Virus record (IMG/VR): IMGVR_UViG_3300032295_000707
Coordinates: 2,700 to 66,699 of that record
Reading direction: 5' to 3' (one strand)
Length of the DNA: 64,000 nucleotides
Source of the DNA: a virus
Taxonomy: Duplodnaviria; Caudoviricetes
The position numbers were made by a program, and so were the translations under genes. The notes below the pieces were generated by a model. It had not been told where the DNA came from, made no database searches, and saw nothing but the letters and a program-made list of their open reading frames with translations. Below, piece after piece: positions 18,501 to 26,048 of this stretch; position 1 is the first letter of the stretch; every line of letters begins with the position of its first letter.

Positions 18501-19080
18501 TTCTCTTTGTATAGATATCTTGTATGTAACCAGATAGCCAGCCGCTTTCTGTTGAGCCTAAACTAAATTCTGATACTACACTGGTATTAGTTACAAAGTA
18601 AGTAAGTGTTCCAGTTGTAATAACTGTCCCGGTTCCGTTAAAAGGAATAAAATCTGATTTAATATCAGATCCGAATATAACAGTGTCAGTGGTTGTGTTG
18701 TCACCTAAGACGATGTCGCCGTCTGCTGTGATATTTCCTGTTACATGAAGATTACCGTCGATAAGTGTATCGCCGATAAGTGTGATTGTTTCTTCGCCGC
18801 CTGGTTGAAATACTAGCGGGCCATAAAGTGTTTCAATTAAACTAGTACCAGTTGTACTAGAGCTGATGTTTACTAGACCAATTGTGCCAGTGTTGGCAAT
18901 AATCTTGAAGGCATTAATTGTGCCATTAACATCTAATTCGTATTTAGGAGCACTATTTCGAATACCAATCTTTTTGGCACCGACATCCCAGAAAATTAAA
19001 TCTCCGTCAATTGCTAATGGAATCCCGTCGCGATTCAGGTTAGCAGCAAGTAACGGACCGGTAATACGACCTACGGCCAT
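12565..19080 (-). CDS. Giant virion-associated repeat protein, 2171 aa (paralogue of the 3391-aa protein; 8 helical repeats)
   Basis: GAGGAG SD; MAVGRITGPLLAANLNRDG N-terminus; same beta-helix segments and near-identical C-terminus (SASGYLFEYVGAG...FFTSTDQNGDFRIG...MTPFIL). Confidence 0.8.
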   Translation of the reverse strand: MAVGRITGPLLAANLNRDGIPLAIDGDLIFWDVGAKKIGIRNSAPKYELDVNGTINAFKIIANTGTIGLVNISSSTTGTSLIETLYGPLVFQPGGEETITLIGDTLIDGNLHVTGNITADGDIVLGDNTTTDTVIFGSDIKSDFIPFNGTGTVITTGTLTYFVTNTSVVSEFSLGSTESGWLSGYIQDIYTKRIDTIATGTDIQFFPDIPLLERTINKTVTINGDIRVYGGSPIGTFPVVNNVLYVNENGNDDNDGRAMDSSRACRTITGATNSPFYKEGTIIKVAAGKYVEDNPIQLKPYTTVMGDSLRTTFIEPLNNTVDLFHVNSGVYVAQMTMLNLRRGEVTRYAPGGAGTYTTGAYAVAFPPRLDNPIDLFHSPYIQNCTNQSGPWLFDGTMFVPNQTVQVPLVVGTSTYISGTTTLLINVLEIPTTQMLEIGMAINGTGILINPDIPVAVVEDILNPDPDFQSAKSLIVSNKSFLQSEAVAYVDLTFPTLTYDRVKFRRDAGVIIDAIAHDTILGGNTKIVSAGRQYSGTATTATVAAFTHLASVINQVVDNLPVSVTFGNVESQTFNLGLTGGVVVAPRVTELVQLLNDIILNNVSYENAAALLNANRGFLQNEVVSFVNQTYVGQPLTGFTYDKSIFFANVGLAIDALATDLLYGGNEQSVIAGNQYWDGVTSLIPTEQEETIAAFNYLANVARNVILGKSLLEPYQSTVTQYINTLTIGSNASAEIIEKNVLVLTDIINLGTDTSVIVQSNSGAPTTVPGTLNSYQSLVDNKEFIQHEVVAFVDTTFTKLDFIYNAAKCYRDTGIIVDSLAIDLIYESNSNSAFSGLQYWNQAATNIPGEEPTTIGAFTYLRDIVEQIIQGNAISPLQVPVQQNTVTTGTASASVVESVVDNCDLIINIISTGTVGVSDLILGNGEVSTDGQIINAYNSLVANKSFIQAETIAWVEANKPIGFSYDSAKCLRDAGFIVDSIAVDLLRGGNRQSIQAGVSYFGYNSTSTVLVNEIPQTTAAYKYLKFVVDKVVQGTKITNPYQSTSTQNVNLPPATKAEANSIVNNLSLITDIIRNGPSVAPELTSVGLTYSTSTNLVRAFDLLKANRNFIQAETIAYVDKTFIDPYVFTYNEDLCYRDVGLIVDAISNDIINRSNVNTLIAGKSYWNGAVSVIPGQLKETANAIRYAKNVALDIISNNPVTYSYQTGTVLTQLINPLLQGGALATPLVESNFNAISTIIENGPEYTPFSTNSTLTQFIVTLSTSTIASANNDVVYFGQTTVYPVEDKNIPGEWEKNGFADRRIDPNGAGGGALVDGNAPSLNSPIQSFVFDAFTQLNQGGTGIHIINRGYAQLVSVFTIFCDIAVRCESGGICSITNSNANFGDLCLVAEGYGPREFGGTVYNPAGFFYNKLTKSWEYSENYPEGFFPNKSEVCIFVPDPNDRPHIALVMEVVPPDIYDDYDGNVVPYKNEQGYPGFLAAVNTTGTLSTGSYSISGIDTTGFAIGQNLYIRDQFGNESDNNGLGTRYLNSNTIITDISYQTIQLSNPITATGSEPGNENYFNLYACGNAYYTVLTSEIASSPYASGASKIRGQENETIDAINFMNSVVDSVISNIAIDTPYSTATAQVVNLTYPAGAGATAFVDEKLSILTDVILSGPQSAPLVLTTGTIPLGAKDAITLLELNRIFIMNETVGYVDAIYNSFTYDQAKCERDTGLIVDSIALDLLHDGFTQSQYAGIQYWNQSGLTGGIEGQLTTTSNAIAYARDLAVSVVTGYGSTNNTVSTLFNTILDILGGVLVDTSDAIVPNGPVSSVPTIVNAYNALLAAKSSIQSQTIAWINANNPDFTYDQNTCERDLGYIVDSVAFDLIHSGNRQSIQAGSYYYSFGSNVSAIPNEIPQTTAAYNFIKSIIGDIITGTPTSPSYQNQITQTVSSNPGTIDEVNAAAERIDLITSIINNGPGITPVTPISLTASTSTNVVNAYNLINANRDYIKAEVIAYIDSEYGGFTYDRLKCRRDVGLIIDALQADLATGGNFRSVEAAKTYYTKDGTYHLVTMEEYVANPLLFVDGCKVNFYQRSYMSASGYLFEYVGAGTNYGALPQVGRVDPNQSKETVQLNNGKVFFTSTDQNGDFRIGPGLVISQATGVLSGRTFQKSLFAEMTPFILAVEADAGG

Positions 19081-19209
19081 CTTAGCTCCTCAATACACCG
19101 TGTTACACGGATAACCACATTACATTGCGGGTTTACCACAGTATGACTCTGCTAGAAACCTAGCATCAAGTGTATTTATTGGAAAAGTAATATTTGTGCT
19201 TTATAGGCT

Positions 19210-19986
19210 TTAGCTTGGAGGGAAATATCCGTCGTAGCCTAATAATGCCACTACTGGTTTAGCAGGTACTGCTCCTGTAAACTTTAAGTAAGACCCAGTA
19301 TTGTAAGAAAAGAGAACGCTGGTGCTAGTATCTAGTGTAGCAGCGGTTGGGAGACTAATATCAACATGGAATGTTGTTGCAGTAAATGGTATTGTTGTAA
19401 ACACTGAAAATGTTCTAACTACTGTAGTTCCAGAAGCAATTGCAGTTCCAGTTGATGCACTAACTGTGCAACCTTCAAGAATATTATAAATGCCACTAAC
19501 TTGAATAGTAGATGAATTTATGGCAGATTCAGCAACTACACTTCTAGTAATAGTACTAGGATTAAATTGAATGCCGTAGTTAGTTGCCGGAATTTGATAC
19601 ACATTGTCTACATACACCATAGCATTTTGCGGGCCAGCAATATAAGATGCTTCGTAATCTGGATTTAAAGGACCAAATAAATCGTTTGCATAATTTCCAT
19701 TGCCTAAATTTTGTACTACGATAGTTGATGGACGAACTGTTCTAACTCTTTCCCAGGTTCCGCGAATATATGCTTCCATATCTTGAAGATCTTGATTAAA
19801 ACGAATCATACCTTCTTCAGGAGAAGTATTAGGCAGATTAGCATCGCCAGGTCGATCATCAGTTATGCCACTAGGAAGCTGTAAGCTCACTGCGCTTGTT
19901 GTAATAATTTCGCCGTTGTCTTTTACAGCAAACCGATTGCTCATCGGGTTGTGATTATCAAGTGGTAGTCTTTTATAGAATTTCAT
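19210..19986 (-). CDS. Virion structural protein, 258 aa
   Basis: LQLPSGITDDRP...EGMIRFNQDLQDMEAY motif typical of phage fibre/virion proteins; in a late structural operon. Confidence 0.6.
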   Translation of the reverse strand: MKFYKRLPLDNHNPMSNRFAVKDNGEIITTSAVSLQLPSGITDDRPGDANLPNTSPEEGMIRFNQDLQDMEAYIRGTWERVRTVRPSTIVVQNLGNGNYANDLFGPLNPDYEASYIAGPQNAMVYVDNVYQIPATNYGIQFNPSTITRSVVAESAINSSTIQVSGIYNILEGCTVSASTGTAIASGTTVVRTFSVFTTIPFTATTFHVDISLPTAATLDTSTSVLFSYNTGSYLKFTGAVPAKPVVALLGYDGYFPPS

Positions 19987-19987
19987 T

Positions 19988-20305
19988 TTAAGATAATTGC
20001 ATGTAACTTACAGTTGTTGTAATAACGCTGTTTTGAGTTGCTTGAGCTGCAACACTATCGCCGTTACTTAAAATAAAGCGTTCAGTGTCAATACTAAATG
20101 TTTCTTTAGCAGGAATAAAAATTTGATTTAAAATTTTATTGTTATCGCCTGCTGCTTGGCCGGTTGGAACCATCCATACATCGATATACGCATCTGTTGC
20201 ACTATCAACATTGCAAAAAATTATAGAGGTTACTGCGTTTTCTCCAGAAGCAATAAAAACTGTCGACGGAGCCGTTGCGCTTAATTGTGTACATGCAATT
20301 GCCAT
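19988..20305 (-). CDS. Small virion structural/adaptor protein, 105 aa
   Basis: AAGGA SD; similar to the 128-aa ORF (IPAKETFSI..ERFILSNGDSVAA). Confidence 0.6.
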   Translation of the reverse strand: MAIACTQLSATAPSTVFIASGENAVTSIIFCNVDSATDAYIDVWMVPTGQAAGDNNKILNQIFIPAKETFSIDTERFILSNGDSVAAQATQNSVITTTVSYMQLS

Positions 20306-20314
20306 GTTTGTTCC

Positions 20315-21322
20315 TTAAAATATCATTCCAAAAATTAACGCTTTCCTTGCGGAAACTAATTCACCATGTACAGTGTTTACACCGTCAGTGTGGTTATACA
20401 ATAACCCTGTAGAACCTGCACCAGTAGTCGAAGTGCTATACACTTTAGTCTTACCAATTTCAGGTACAGGTGGGGACCATGTAGGAAATACTGGAGATTG
20501 AAATGCAACACCGTTTTGTGCAACAACTAATCCAGTTCCATTTGTTTTTAGAATTAAATCTGTGTTAGTTGTAATTGATTCAATTTGTGCATTAGTGAAT
20601 CTTAATCCACCAATAACTGCACTGTTTGGTCGTAGTACAAACACTGCCGCTGTATTGACATAGGCAGTGATATTACTTTCTTGGAAAGTTGTACTGTCAT
20701 CGTTAATAACAATTCTAGTATCGTTGTCTCTTCCTAATACAGTTGTAGCAGTTGTTGCAAAAGTTGCTAGGCCAGTAAATGGTCTGTTGTCAACATATTC
20801 TTTGTTTGGAATATCATCAGGGTCAACAACTCTACTCGAGTAGTTAGTTTGTCCTGCTACAGATAACATACCCGCAACACCCTGACCTAATAAATTTAAT
20901 CTACCGTCTAAATTAGGACCATTACCATCAAACTGAATAGCACTAACACGAATGGCTGCAAGGTTGGGGCCTTTTTTAAAGTCCCATAATCCTCGAACAC
21001 TTGGGCCGCCTGCTGACCAGTTAACAGTGTCATCCCATACCATGTATGCAGAACTTGTTGAGCTAGCATTGTTTCCACGATCAATTTGAATACCGGCAGT
21101 GTTTAACGATACATACCCATTAGTCTCACCTTGGTTGAGGATTAAAATATTGTCTTTAATTTTTGAATCTACTGATTCAATAAAAGTTTGTGTACCTTTA
21201 ACATCTAAGTTACCGGTAATAATAACCGTGCCAGTAGTAACACCTGTATCTAAGGTGATAGTACCTTTGTCAGCTGTTGCTATTGTATAGTTGCCGGATA
21301 ACTTAAGAACCTCATTAGTCAT
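20315..21322 (-). CDS. Virion structural (fibre-like) protein, 335 aa
   Basis: GTVIITGNLDVKGTQT...IKDNILILNQGE...AGIQIDRG motif common in T4-like fibre proteins; TAAATA and AAAGGA upstream. Confidence 0.65.
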   Translation of the reverse strand: MTNEVLKLSGNYTIATADKGTITLDTGVTTGTVIITGNLDVKGTQTFIESVDSKIKDNILILNQGETNGYVSLNTAGIQIDRGNNASSTSSAYMVWDDTVNWSAGGPSVRGLWDFKKGPNLAAIRVSAIQFDGNGPNLDGRLNLLGQGVAGMLSVAGQTNYSSRVVDPDDIPNKEYVDNRPFTGLATFATTATTVLGRDNDTRIVINDDSTTFQESNITAYVNTAAVFVLRPNSAVIGGLRFTNAQIESITTNTDLILKTNGTGLVVAQNGVAFQSPVFPTWSPPVPEIGKTKVYSTSTTGAGSTGLLYNHTDGVNTVHGELVSARKALIFGMIF

Positions 21323-21352
21323 GAAACTTTCCTTTATTCGTATTTAGCAGTT

Positions 21353-21937
21353 TTAGTAGACTCTTAGTTCTACAGATTCTACCAATACCGTTTCTCTATG
21401 AGGGTAAAACAAATGACTTTGAAATCGAAGTGTTACTCCAAAGCTAGAATCTGTTATAATCTCAGGAGTTAGTACTGCATCCCACAAATCGGTCATGCTT
21501 CCATAGCTAGTAGCATTATAGATAGGTACATGACCTAAGTCATCTGTATTATAGTTGATCTTATTTTCACCTAATAAGTTGTTATTATGTCGCAAGCTAA
21601 TAGTTTCATCCATAATCCTACCCTTGCGTCTAACGATAGTTTTAAGTTCAACACCTGAAATTACTTCAGGTACATCTGAAATTCTAAAATCAGTTAAGTG
21701 TAAGTACCATGTTTTCATTCTTAACGGAGCATGTCCGTCGTTAGAAATATACAGCAAAGGTTTAGAACTTTGTATTAAAGAACCGCCTGTGTTTAGATCA
21801 TAGTTAGGAAAGTCTGTTGGAATTCCGTATTGATCTAGAGTCTTTGTAACACCCTTTTGCCACTGAATGTGATTTTCAAAATCTTCAAATTCAGATTCTT
21901 GTGTTATGTTGTTTGGATTGTACCAGTTTGTTGTCAT
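21353..21937 (-). CDS. Hypothetical late protein, 194 aa
   Basis: ORF with TAAATA core immediately upstream; no family recognised. Confidence 0.6.
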   Translation of the reverse strand: MTTNWYNPNNITQESEFEDFENHIQWQKGVTKTLDQYGIPTDFPNYDLNTGGSLIQSSKPLLYISNDGHAPLRMKTWYLHLTDFRISDVPEVISGVELKTIVRRKGRIMDETISLRHNNNLLGENKINYNTDDLGHVPIYNATSYGSMTDLWDAVLTPEIITDSSFGVTLRFQSHLFYPHRETVLVESVELRVY

Positions 21938-21951
21938 GATTTATTTACCGT

Positions 21952-21977
21952 AAAAAAAGGCTCCGAAGAGCCTTTTT
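21952..21977 (-). terminator. Rho-independent terminator after the 324-aa gene
   Basis: Minus strand AAAAAGGCTC-TTCG-GAGCCTTTTTTT: GC stem, C(UUCG)G tetraloop, U-tract; A/T tracts on both sides, so possibly bidirectional. Confidence 0.9.
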
Positions 21978-21992
21978 GTTATGTACTAACGA

Positions 21993-22967
21993 TTAAGCGT
22001 TAGCAACAGAAACTTTGCCTGTAGACGCAGCATCAAATGACCAACCTGCTTGTGTATTTGTAGCAAATAGATACGAGCCTGACATTGTTCTTCTTGATAG
22101 TAATGCTTTGTGAGCAGTTAACTTCAAGACCCAGTATGTACTGCCGTTAGCATCTGTAGCAACTAATGCCATTTCTTTATGAGCAGGAGTATCGCTTGCA
22201 ACTAATTTACATTGTGCAACCCCGTCAGCAGTCTTAACCAAATATCTGCGACTTGCTTCTTGTTTAATTACATCGCCTGCTTGAGCAGTTCCGCCAGATG
22301 TAGTTTTAGCAGTAAAACTTAGTGCGTTTTCTTGGTTAGTACTTGAACCAATTGCACCAGTATCAACAGTTAATACTGGAGTATTTCCACTCGGAGTTGT
22401 TTGTCCAGTAAATGTATGGCCGCTCCATGATAGTACTGGAACTGCTGTGTAACCAGAACCTTTTTCAAGGATAGTAATACTCTTAACACGGTATGTTGCA
22501 GTAATTTGTAAGTCTGTACCAGCATTAGGTGCTTGTAGTACTTGATGTGTTGTAATACCTGTACCGTCAAAGTCGCCACGGTGGAATTCGCCACGGTTAC
22601 CGCCAACAAAGTCAACTGATGTAACTTTGCTTGATGTTTCGACAATACGAACAACAGCGCCACCGCCCATACCAGTAATAGCCGTTGAAAGACCTGGTAA
22701 GTAGTCGCCATCAGTTTGACCACCTGATGCAAATGTAACTGTATCTAATTCAAATACAACATCAGCAGTAGCTTGTACACCGCCTGGCAATGCTGGTGCA
22801 GCAATGTTTAGTAGTGGAAAGTTTTTGTATGTATTAGTAACAACAAAACTACCAGCTGTTGCTACGCTGATGCTAGCTAATCCTTCACCGCCGATAAAAT
22901 TATCGCCAGCTCCTGTGGTACCGATGTTGCGGTTACCAAAATATTTCTTTTTAATTGGGCGTCCCAT
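21993..22967 (-). CDS. Virion structural protein (possible head decoration), 324 aa
   Basis: Directly downstream of the major capsid gene, with its own promoter, strong SD (AAGGAG), high-expression codon usage and own terminator; MGRPIKKKYFG N-terminus. Decoration role is inference. Confidence 0.6.
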   Translation of the reverse strand: MGRPIKKKYFGNRNIGTTGAGDNFIGGEGLASISVATAGSFVVTNTYKNFPLLNIAAPALPGGVQATADVVFELDTVTFASGGQTDGDYLPGLSTAITGMGGGAVVRIVETSSKVTSVDFVGGNRGEFHRGDFDGTGITTHQVLQAPNAGTDLQITATYRVKSITILEKGSGYTAVPVLSWSGHTFTGQTTPSGNTPVLTVDTGAIGSSTNQENALSFTAKTTSGGTAQAGDVIKQEASRRYLVKTADGVAQCKLVASDTPAHKEMALVATDANGSTYWVLKLTAHKALLSRRTMSGSYLFATNTQAGWSFDAASTGKVSVANA

Positions 22968-23045
22968 TTTGTTTCTCCTTGAGTTATGAGCGTTCTAGGC
23001 CCTACGCGGTGGGTGCCGCATAATAATCTAGATATTATATTTAAC

Positions 23046-23068
23046 AAAAAACCCGCCGAAGCGGGTTT
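23046..23068 (-). terminator. Rho-independent terminator after the major capsid gene
   Basis: Minus strand AAACCCGC-TTCG-GCGGGTTTTTT: C(UUCG)G loop plus U-tract, ~30 nt after the capsid stop codon. Confidence 0.9.
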
Positions 23069-23095
23069 CTTGTATACTTTTAAGTAAAGTTCTGA

Positions 23096-24277
23096 TTAAC
23101 GGAAACTTACTGTAGAGCTTGCAATAGCAACCTTACCTAAGTAGTCAGCTGCATTACCCAAGCTGCTAGCAGTGTTGGATAATTCAACATAGCCATAACG
23201 AGTTAGGAAACCAACGACTGGTTCAAAGGTGTTAGGATCTAGAACAACACCAGAAGACATTAACGGAATGTAAGGGCAATAGAACGCGGCAGCATCTGCC
23301 TCGCTAGAACCTTTGTAACCGATCAAGATCTGGTTGTTATCGTTTGTGTCGCTTAGATAAGCGTCAACATAGATTCTCATGCTGTTGTTTAAAGTACCAA
23401 CAAACTTAGTGTTTGTAGGAGCTTCGAATGTACCTTCTGTAGTACGAGCAAACGCAGAAGTTGTAGCAGACTGAAGGATCGTTAGAGCCTGGTTAGATAC
23501 AACTGCCCAGTTAGCAGCACCACGACGAGTACGCTGAGCGATCAAGTTAGATACACGGTTGATCTGAACAGCTAGAGCAGCGTGTTCGTCACCAACGAAT
23601 GTAGCAGTACCAGATACTAGAGACTGGTCATAAGTTTCTTCAACGGAAGCTAGGGCACGAAGGCTAGCTAGAACTTCTTGGTCGATTTCAACTGTAATTT
23701 CTTGGGCTAGAGCAGCCATGATTTCTGCTTCGATGTCAATACCTTGTTGGGCTTGTGCATCTTGAGCAGCTTCAAAAGTCCAACGAGCACTTAGTTTACG
23801 AGACTTAGCTTCTACGCTGGCTTTCAAGATCTGAATGCTCATACGCTTACCTGGTTGACCTTCTAACTGGCTAGTTGCGCTAGCACGAGGAGTAGTGTCA
23901 TTGTTGTTACCAGAATAAGCAGCAGCAATCTTGAATGGGCTTAATGCCTCTTCACCTGCTACAATACCATCACCACTGCTTGTGTCAGCATAGCGAACAC
24001 GCAATGTATGGATTTGACCAACTGGTCCAGTCATTGGCTGAACGCCGATGATTTCGTTGGCAATAACCGTCGGCATAACACGACGGATAACTGGAAGAAT
24101 AACGCGGTTTAGAGTAGCGATATTACCAGAACTTGTTGCACCACTTGTAGCGGCTTCAGCTAGATACTTGCGTGTGTTTTCTAAGCATACATTCATGCTA
24201 GCTTTACGAGTACCTTGTAGGCCTTCAAGCAGAGCTTCTTTGGTCTCTGACCATCTTTCATTTAATAGTTGTGACAT
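23096..24277 (-). CDS. gp23: Major capsid protein (T4 gp23 family), 393 aa
   Basis: LPVIRRVMPTVIANEIIGVQPMTGPVGQIHTLRVRY, SRKLSARWTFEAAQD, AAFYCPYIPL, GFLTRYG motifs; strongly biased codons. Confidence 0.95.
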   Translation of the reverse strand: MSQLLNERWSETKEALLEGLQGTRKASMNVCLENTRKYLAEAATSGATSSGNIATLNRVILPVIRRVMPTVIANEIIGVQPMTGPVGQIHTLRVRYADTSSGDGIVAGEEALSPFKIAAAYSGNNNDTTPRASATSQLEGQPGKRMSIQILKASVEAKSRKLSARWTFEAAQDAQAQQGIDIEAEIMAALAQEITVEIDQEVLASLRALASVEETYDQSLVSGTATFVGDEHAALAVQINRVSNLIAQRTRRGAANWAVVSNQALTILQSATTSAFARTTEGTFEAPTNTKFVGTLNNSMRIYVDAYLSDTNDNNQILIGYKGSSEADAAAFYCPYIPLMSSGVVLDPNTFEPVVGFLTRYGYVELSNTASSLGNAADYLGKVAIASSTVSFR

Positions 24278-24300
24278 TTAATTTGTCTCCTTGAAAATAA

Positions 24301-25398
24301 TTATTTTAGACCCGCTAATTTGCGGATATCTAAGATGTTATCTAAGCCTACCTGAGGCTGTTTAACTTCGCGATCACCTGTTACGACATGACCTTCTGTT
24401 AAAGTTTCTTTGGCTACTGCTTTAGATTTCTTAACTTCACCTTCCATTACTGCTGGAAGATATTTGTCAAACGCTTCATTTAGTCTTGCAGTCTGTACGG
24501 ACTCTAGCAATTCTTTCATGATCGCTTTCTTTTCAGCACTTAGGGGTGCTAACATTTCTGACATAACATTTTTACGCACCATCATATCTTTGGCTACACG
24601 AATTTCGCGGTCCTTAGATTCGACTAGTTGTGCTTTAGCTGTTACAGCAGACTTTGCTTCTGCTAACTCTGCATCTTTCTTCTGAAGAATCTTTAACAAT
24701 TTACTTGTTTCAGACTTTTCATTTAGATAGCTTGTAGAATACTCTTGGGCAAATGCTTCAAACATCTTACGACCGAACGAGTTCTTGCGGGCAGAATCGA
24801 TATCTTCTTTGAGCTGACTCATTTCAGATTTCAATTGTTTTGTTACTGCTTCTTGAACTAACGCTGCGCTGCGTTTGATGAATTGTGTTTTTACTTCATC
24901 AAATTTAGATCTTGCTTCACGAACTAGACGAACTTTTGCTTCGGCTATGTCACGCTTGTCTTGACTAAACTCGTTGATTTCTCTTGCTAGAGCTGTTACA
25001 ATGAATTGCTCTAACTTACTAAAATTCTCAGATACTTTCTTGCGATCGTTCTGGAATTCTACTAACTCTTTACCTAGCTGTTTTAAAACAAACGATTCCA
25101 TCATTTTAGAATCATTTGTTAACTTGTTCTTATAAGCTAGTTTAGCTTCCGCTAGACCTTTCTTATCTTGTACAAGCTCAGCCATTTCAGCGGCCAATCT
25201 GTCTCCAACCATCTTGTCAAGAGCTTCCACCATTATAGCCTTATCATGACTATATTTTTGTGCAAACTCTTCACGAAGTTCAGCTGTGACTTGGTCGCGA
25301 TTTTCTTGAATCTTAGATTGGAAAGCTTCTTCAATCGCAGACTTTACATCTTCCGAAATCATACCACCTTCTACTAAGCTCTTGAATGCGTCCATCAT
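24301..25398 (-). CDS. gp22: Prohead scaffolding/core protein (T4 gp22-like), 365 aa
   Basis: Coiled-coil, E/K-rich; located between protease and capsid genes as in T4-like head modules. Confidence 0.75.
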   Translation of the reverse strand: MMDAFKSLVEGGMISEDVKSAIEEAFQSKIQENRDQVTAELREEFAQKYSHDKAIMVEALDKMVGDRLAAEMAELVQDKKGLAEAKLAYKNKLTNDSKMMESFVLKQLGKELVEFQNDRKKVSENFSKLEQFIVTALAREINEFSQDKRDIAEAKVRLVREARSKFDEVKTQFIKRSAALVQEAVTKQLKSEMSQLKEDIDSARKNSFGRKMFEAFAQEYSTSYLNEKSETSKLLKILQKKDAELAEAKSAVTAKAQLVESKDREIRVAKDMMVRKNVMSEMLAPLSAEKKAIMKELLESVQTARLNEAFDKYLPAVMEGEVKKSKAVAKETLTEGHVVTGDREVKQPQVGLDNILDIRKLAGLK

Positions 25399-25409
25399 CG
25401 CTTATCTCC

Positions 25410-26036
25410 TTAGGCTTTTAAGCCATTAATAATGTTAAGCATCGCCTCGCGGAGATACTTTTGTGCCTTGGGATCTTCTTTAACCTCTTGCGCCACCCTA
25501 AACGAACTATAACCGCCTCTCATATTCATGAGGCTTTCATATATCGGTGTAGGATAAGCTCCTGGCGCACTTGGCTGAGCAACTATATCAACAGTGATAA
25601 TCTCAAAGTCGGCTACTTCACCAGTTCCTTCGTTAACATTTCCGCTACCTCTAGAACTAACTCCAAGTTTTACACCTGCTTCAAGCATAGTACGAATTAA
25701 ATTGCCCATTGGAGTAGGTAAGACTTTCATCTTACCGTATCCGTTAGGACCGTCCATCCACATATCTGTGATCATATGGCTAACACGGTCTAAATTCACT
25801 TTTAGGTCATCTGGGTGATCTACTTCACCGAGAACACTATAACCGTTTTTAATCTGATCGTTTAAGGTCTTAACAGCAGTAGTGATCTCGTTAACGGGAT
25901 AAACTCTTTGGTTTGCGTTACGAATACCACCTTGAATGGCAATACCTTTTAGATAAAGGTTCTTGCCGTTCTCGCCTTCAGACTCAAGGACTACACGAGC
26001 TTGATCGAAACTTAAATGTTCTCTTAAGTACTTCAT
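25410..26036 (-). CDS. gp21: Prohead core protease (T4 gp21 family), 208 aa
   Basis: GIAIQGGIRNANQRVYP, LGEVDHP, VSH, GVSSRGSG, DIVAQPSAPGAYP motifs. Confidence 0.93.
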   Translation of the reverse strand: MKYLREHLSFDQARVVLESEGENGKNLYLKGIAIQGGIRNANQRVYPVNEITTAVKTLNDQIKNGYSVLGEVDHPDDLKVNLDRVSHMITDMWMDGPNGYGKMKVLPTPMGNLIRTMLEAGVKLGVSSRGSGNVNEGTGEVADFEIITVDIVAQPSAPGAYPTPIYESLMNMRGGYSSFRVAQEVKEDPKAQKYLREAMLNIINGLKA

Positions 26037-26048
26037 CCTGAGATCCTA

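Noticed and set aside
1977-19080. CRISPR array or DNA tandem repeat behind the strong periodicity
   Set aside because: Repeats are ~490-nt degenerate protein-coding units with no identical 25-40-nt repeat and unique spacer pattern
1977-19080. Concluding that the host is a cyanobacterium from the phycobiliprotein-like repeats
   Set aside because: No photosynthesis, bilin-synthesis or other host-diagnostic genes are in this window; the fold resemblance alone does not identify the host
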